Shown piece by piece: positions 55,984 through 64,000 of a stretch of 64,000 nt of DNA. The stretch comes from Eimeria praecox (lineage: Eukaryota), in contig OY986950.1 of NCBI GenBank assembly GCA_963920595.1, forward strand, positions 1,116,001-1,180,000, written 5' to 3'. Position numbers and translations under genes: made by a program. The notes beneath the pieces were generated by a model. It did no database searches and had not been told where the DNA came from. It saw only the letters and a list, made by a program, of their open reading frames with translations. Position 1 is the first letter of the stretch. Each line of letters opens with the position of its first letter.

Positions 55984-56835
55984 ATGCTGTCTGTATAGTC
56001 TCCCTAAGAGAAGAATTGCTGTCGCACAGTGGATAGCATCGAAGGCTTCAACGTGCTGCTGTGAGTACTGCAGCAAAGCAGCAACACCCCGGCCGCTGCT
56101 GCTGCTGCTGCTGCTGCTGCTGCGGCTGCGGCTGCTGCTGCTGCTGTTGGGGGAGGCTAGAGGAGACCCCCCACGGCCCAGGAGCCCAGCCATCAGCTGC
56201 CTCGCGTTGGGGGGCCCCCGGGGGGGCCCCCAGGGGGGCCCCCGGGGGGTCTTAGAGGACGGGGCCCCCTGTTGTAGATCTAAGACAGAGGGGGCTGCTG
56301 CCTGCTTCATGCTGCTGCTGCTGCTGCTGCTGTCTCCTGGAGACACAACAGCAACAAGGGATCGCCAGCTGCAACGCAGGGGGCCCCCTAGGGGCCCCTG
56401 GGTACCCCTCAAGGATGCATGTGGGGCCTCAGCAGCAGCAAATCGCAGCCAAGACAACGAATGTTGGTAGCAGCAGCAGCAGCAGCAAGACCTGCTGCTG
56501 CTGTTGCTGCAAGGGTACGGGCAGGTGTTGTGTGTGGCGCGATGCGCCTGCAGCAGCAGCCGCTGCAGCAGCTTAGGGCCCCCATTACGGGGGCCCCAGC
56601 GTGCTTCAGCAGAGGAGGTGGGGGCCCCCTGGGGGCCCCTCACCGCAAGCCAGGGGCCCCCCCGGGGCCCCACACCCTGGGGCCCCACACCTGGGGGCCC
56701 CACACCTGGGACAGGCAGCAGGGGCGTGTTGGGTCTGAGGGGCCCCCAAGCCCTTAGGGGGTCCTTAACCCTCAACTGGGGGGCCCCGGGGCCCCCTCTA
56801 GCTCGGAAGCTGGGGGCCCCCTGGGGAGGGCGCAT
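49585..56835 (-). CDS. RluA-family pseudouridine synthase fused to an N-terminal HPR/OPR-like helical-repeat region
   Basis: Spliced motifs [15 protein letters not shown] (52957/52550), [18 protein letters not shown] (HRLD at 51924-51935), [52 protein letters not shown] (~50130-50230), CPRLFLHC. Exon 1 (56835-52957) carries repeats such as [14 protein letters not shown] and [16 protein letters not shown]. Confidence 0.9.
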
Positions 56836-57574
56836 TGGGGCCCCCGGGGGCCCCCAGGGGGACAGCAGGAGGAGTTTATTGGAGAGAGTATATACTAAAT
56901 ATAATAATTATTTTTTTCTGAAAACAAATACGAAAAATAAGCCAAAATATTTAAAGAAGCCTCAGATAGGGGGCCCCCAGCCGGGGGGGCCCCCATTTAG
57001 GGTGGTGGCCCCCCTAGCTAGGGGCCCCCGGCGTGGCTGGTATGCTAGCGAGGGGGCCCCTGAGGGAGAGGGTACAGCGTGAGAGACAACAACATCATCA
57101 GAAGAAAAAATATATTTATAATTTAAATAAAACTAAAACCCCACACTCTCCGTAAAGAAGAGTAAGCAACACTGGGGGGCCCCACCTGACCAGTGGTCTC
57201 CCCCTTATAAACATGCTGCAATCATGAAAAGGGGGCCCCTGGGGCCCCCCTAGGGGCCCCTTACGTTCCCCTCAGGGCCTCCTTAGGGGGCCCCCTATGT
57301 TCCCCTTAGGCCCTGGAGGCCCTCAAGGGGTCCTAGGGGCCCCCACGTATGAAGGGGCCCCTCACCCCCACCCGTCTAAAACATGTTATTAAAGCCCTCT
57401 AGCTGCAGCAACCTAGGGTTTAGGGGTTATATACAGCCCTTTCTACGGGGGTAGGGGGGTTGGGGGGGGGCGGGGGGGCCAGGGGGCCCCCAATGGGGGG
57501 CCCCTCTGCGGGGGAGGGGGGGCCCCCTGAGGGGCGGGGGGGCCCTCTGTCTTCTGAGACAGTGCTGTGTAGGT

Positions 57575-62682
<5,108 letters not shown>

Positions 62683-63337
62683 TTGTTAAGGGGGGCCCCC
62701 TTCTCGTTGGGGGCTGTCTCTAGGGGGGCCCCCCAGAAGCAGCAGCAGGCCCTTCCCCCCCCCCCCCCCCCCCGCTCTTCTATTACTCTCTCTCTGTGTC
62801 TGTCTCTCTATACAGCTTCTTCCAATAACAATCATCATTATATCTAAATAGTATATTTTAGATAGGCAGCAGGAATAGAAGAGAGAGGGGGGCCCCCAGA
62901 GGCTGGCTGGGGGCCCCCTTCCCCCCCCCCCCTCCCCCCCAAACCCCCCTCTCTCTCTCTCTGTCTCTCTCTCTCTCTCTTGTTGTTGTTGCTTCTTAAA
63001 TATTTAAGTATATATATATATTTGTGTGTATTATTTGTATTATTTTATATTTTAAAAATAAAAATAAATATAAATAAACAAAGATATGATATAATTGAGT
63101 ATGAAGGGAGGCCTCCTTACATACAGCAGCGCTCTCGTATCCGCGATATATATAGCAGCAGCAGGGGGGGCCCCCAAAACATATTTACTGTCTCCTTTCT
63201 ATCGTTTTAGATATAATACTACATTATTTATTAATTCTATACCCTATAAAAACAATTGTGGGCTTCAAACAAGTAAGAACAAACCAGGGGGGCCCCCCCT
63301 TGGGGGGCCCCCCTAATGGAGGAGGCGTCGTCTCTAC

Positions 63338-63375
<38 letters not shown>

Positions 63376-63499
63376 GTCTACGCCAGCAATGAGGGGGGTG
63401 CTGAAGGTAGTGTATGTTTGTTATTGTATCTACAATATAAATAAAAACATATTAAATATTATTAATTATATTTATTTTATTTATTATTAACGTTGTGCG

Positions 63500-63570
63500 T
63501 TGATAGGAAGCCCCTGTTTAGGGCCTACAACCCCCCTGACAAGCCGGCGTTTCTGTTGCTGCTTCCCCTT

Positions 63571-63634
<64 letters not shown>

Positions 63635-63820
63635 TATCTCTCCTCTTCATTATCTTGTAGTAGGCCCTCCTTCTTACTCTCAACCCCTCGCTCTCACTAT
63701 CTTCTCCCTCCTATCTCAGGTGTATATACAGCTACCTCGAAGATGCAGACAAGAACAGCAGCAACAGGAACAGCAGCAGCAGCAGCAGGCACTGCTACGA
63801 TGACAGTAACATCACCAGAC

Positions 63821-63856
<36 letters not shown>

Positions 63857-63973
63857 CTGCTGCTGCGCCCTACTAAGTCGCCGAAGGAGAAGAGAAGAGC
63901 AGACTACAAACCCACAGATTTTATAATTGATAACGTAGATCTTATCTTCCGTCTTGGTGCTGAGGAGACACAG
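63500..63973 (+). CDS. pepN: M1 aminopeptidase N, 5' portion; continues beyond the right edge
   Basis: KSPKEKRRADYKPTDFIIDNVDLIFRLGAEETQ matches the PepN/PfA-M1 N-terminal strand (K.R.DY..P...I..VDL.F.L....T.V). Donor gtgaga at 63974. In-frame ATG at 63743; the true start is uncertain. Confidence 0.85.
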
Positions 63974-64000
63974 GTGAGACTGTCTTAGCAGCAGCAGCAG

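Overview
Eukaryotic, intron-rich DNA with the signature of a repeat-rich segment of a coccidian apicomplexan, most likely Eimeria: pervasive (CAG/CTG)n, interstitial telomere-like (AAACCCT)n, GGGGCCCC palindromes, GGAGACA motifs and AT-rich microsatellites. Most ORFs in the supplied track are repeat artefacts. Manual splicing gives about 11 genes, in order: a DEAD-box helicase with a DEGD motif (runs off the left edge and is absent from the ORF track), a RAP-domain protein, PA200/Blm10 proteasome activator, a YGGT/YlmG protein, an inactive ClpR, a small PH-domain protein, two hypotheticals, a helical-repeat (HPR/OPR-like) protein fused to an RluA pseudouridine synthase, a KsgA/RsmA rRNA dimethyltransferase and the 5' end of M1 aminopeptidase N. 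Main points of interest: the repeat-pseudouridine synthase fusion, a concentration of predicted apicoplast/mitochondrial genes, inverted telomeric arrays bracketing introns, and a recurrent GGTGT-N4-ACACC palindrome. All calls come from motif recognition by eye; no database searches were run.
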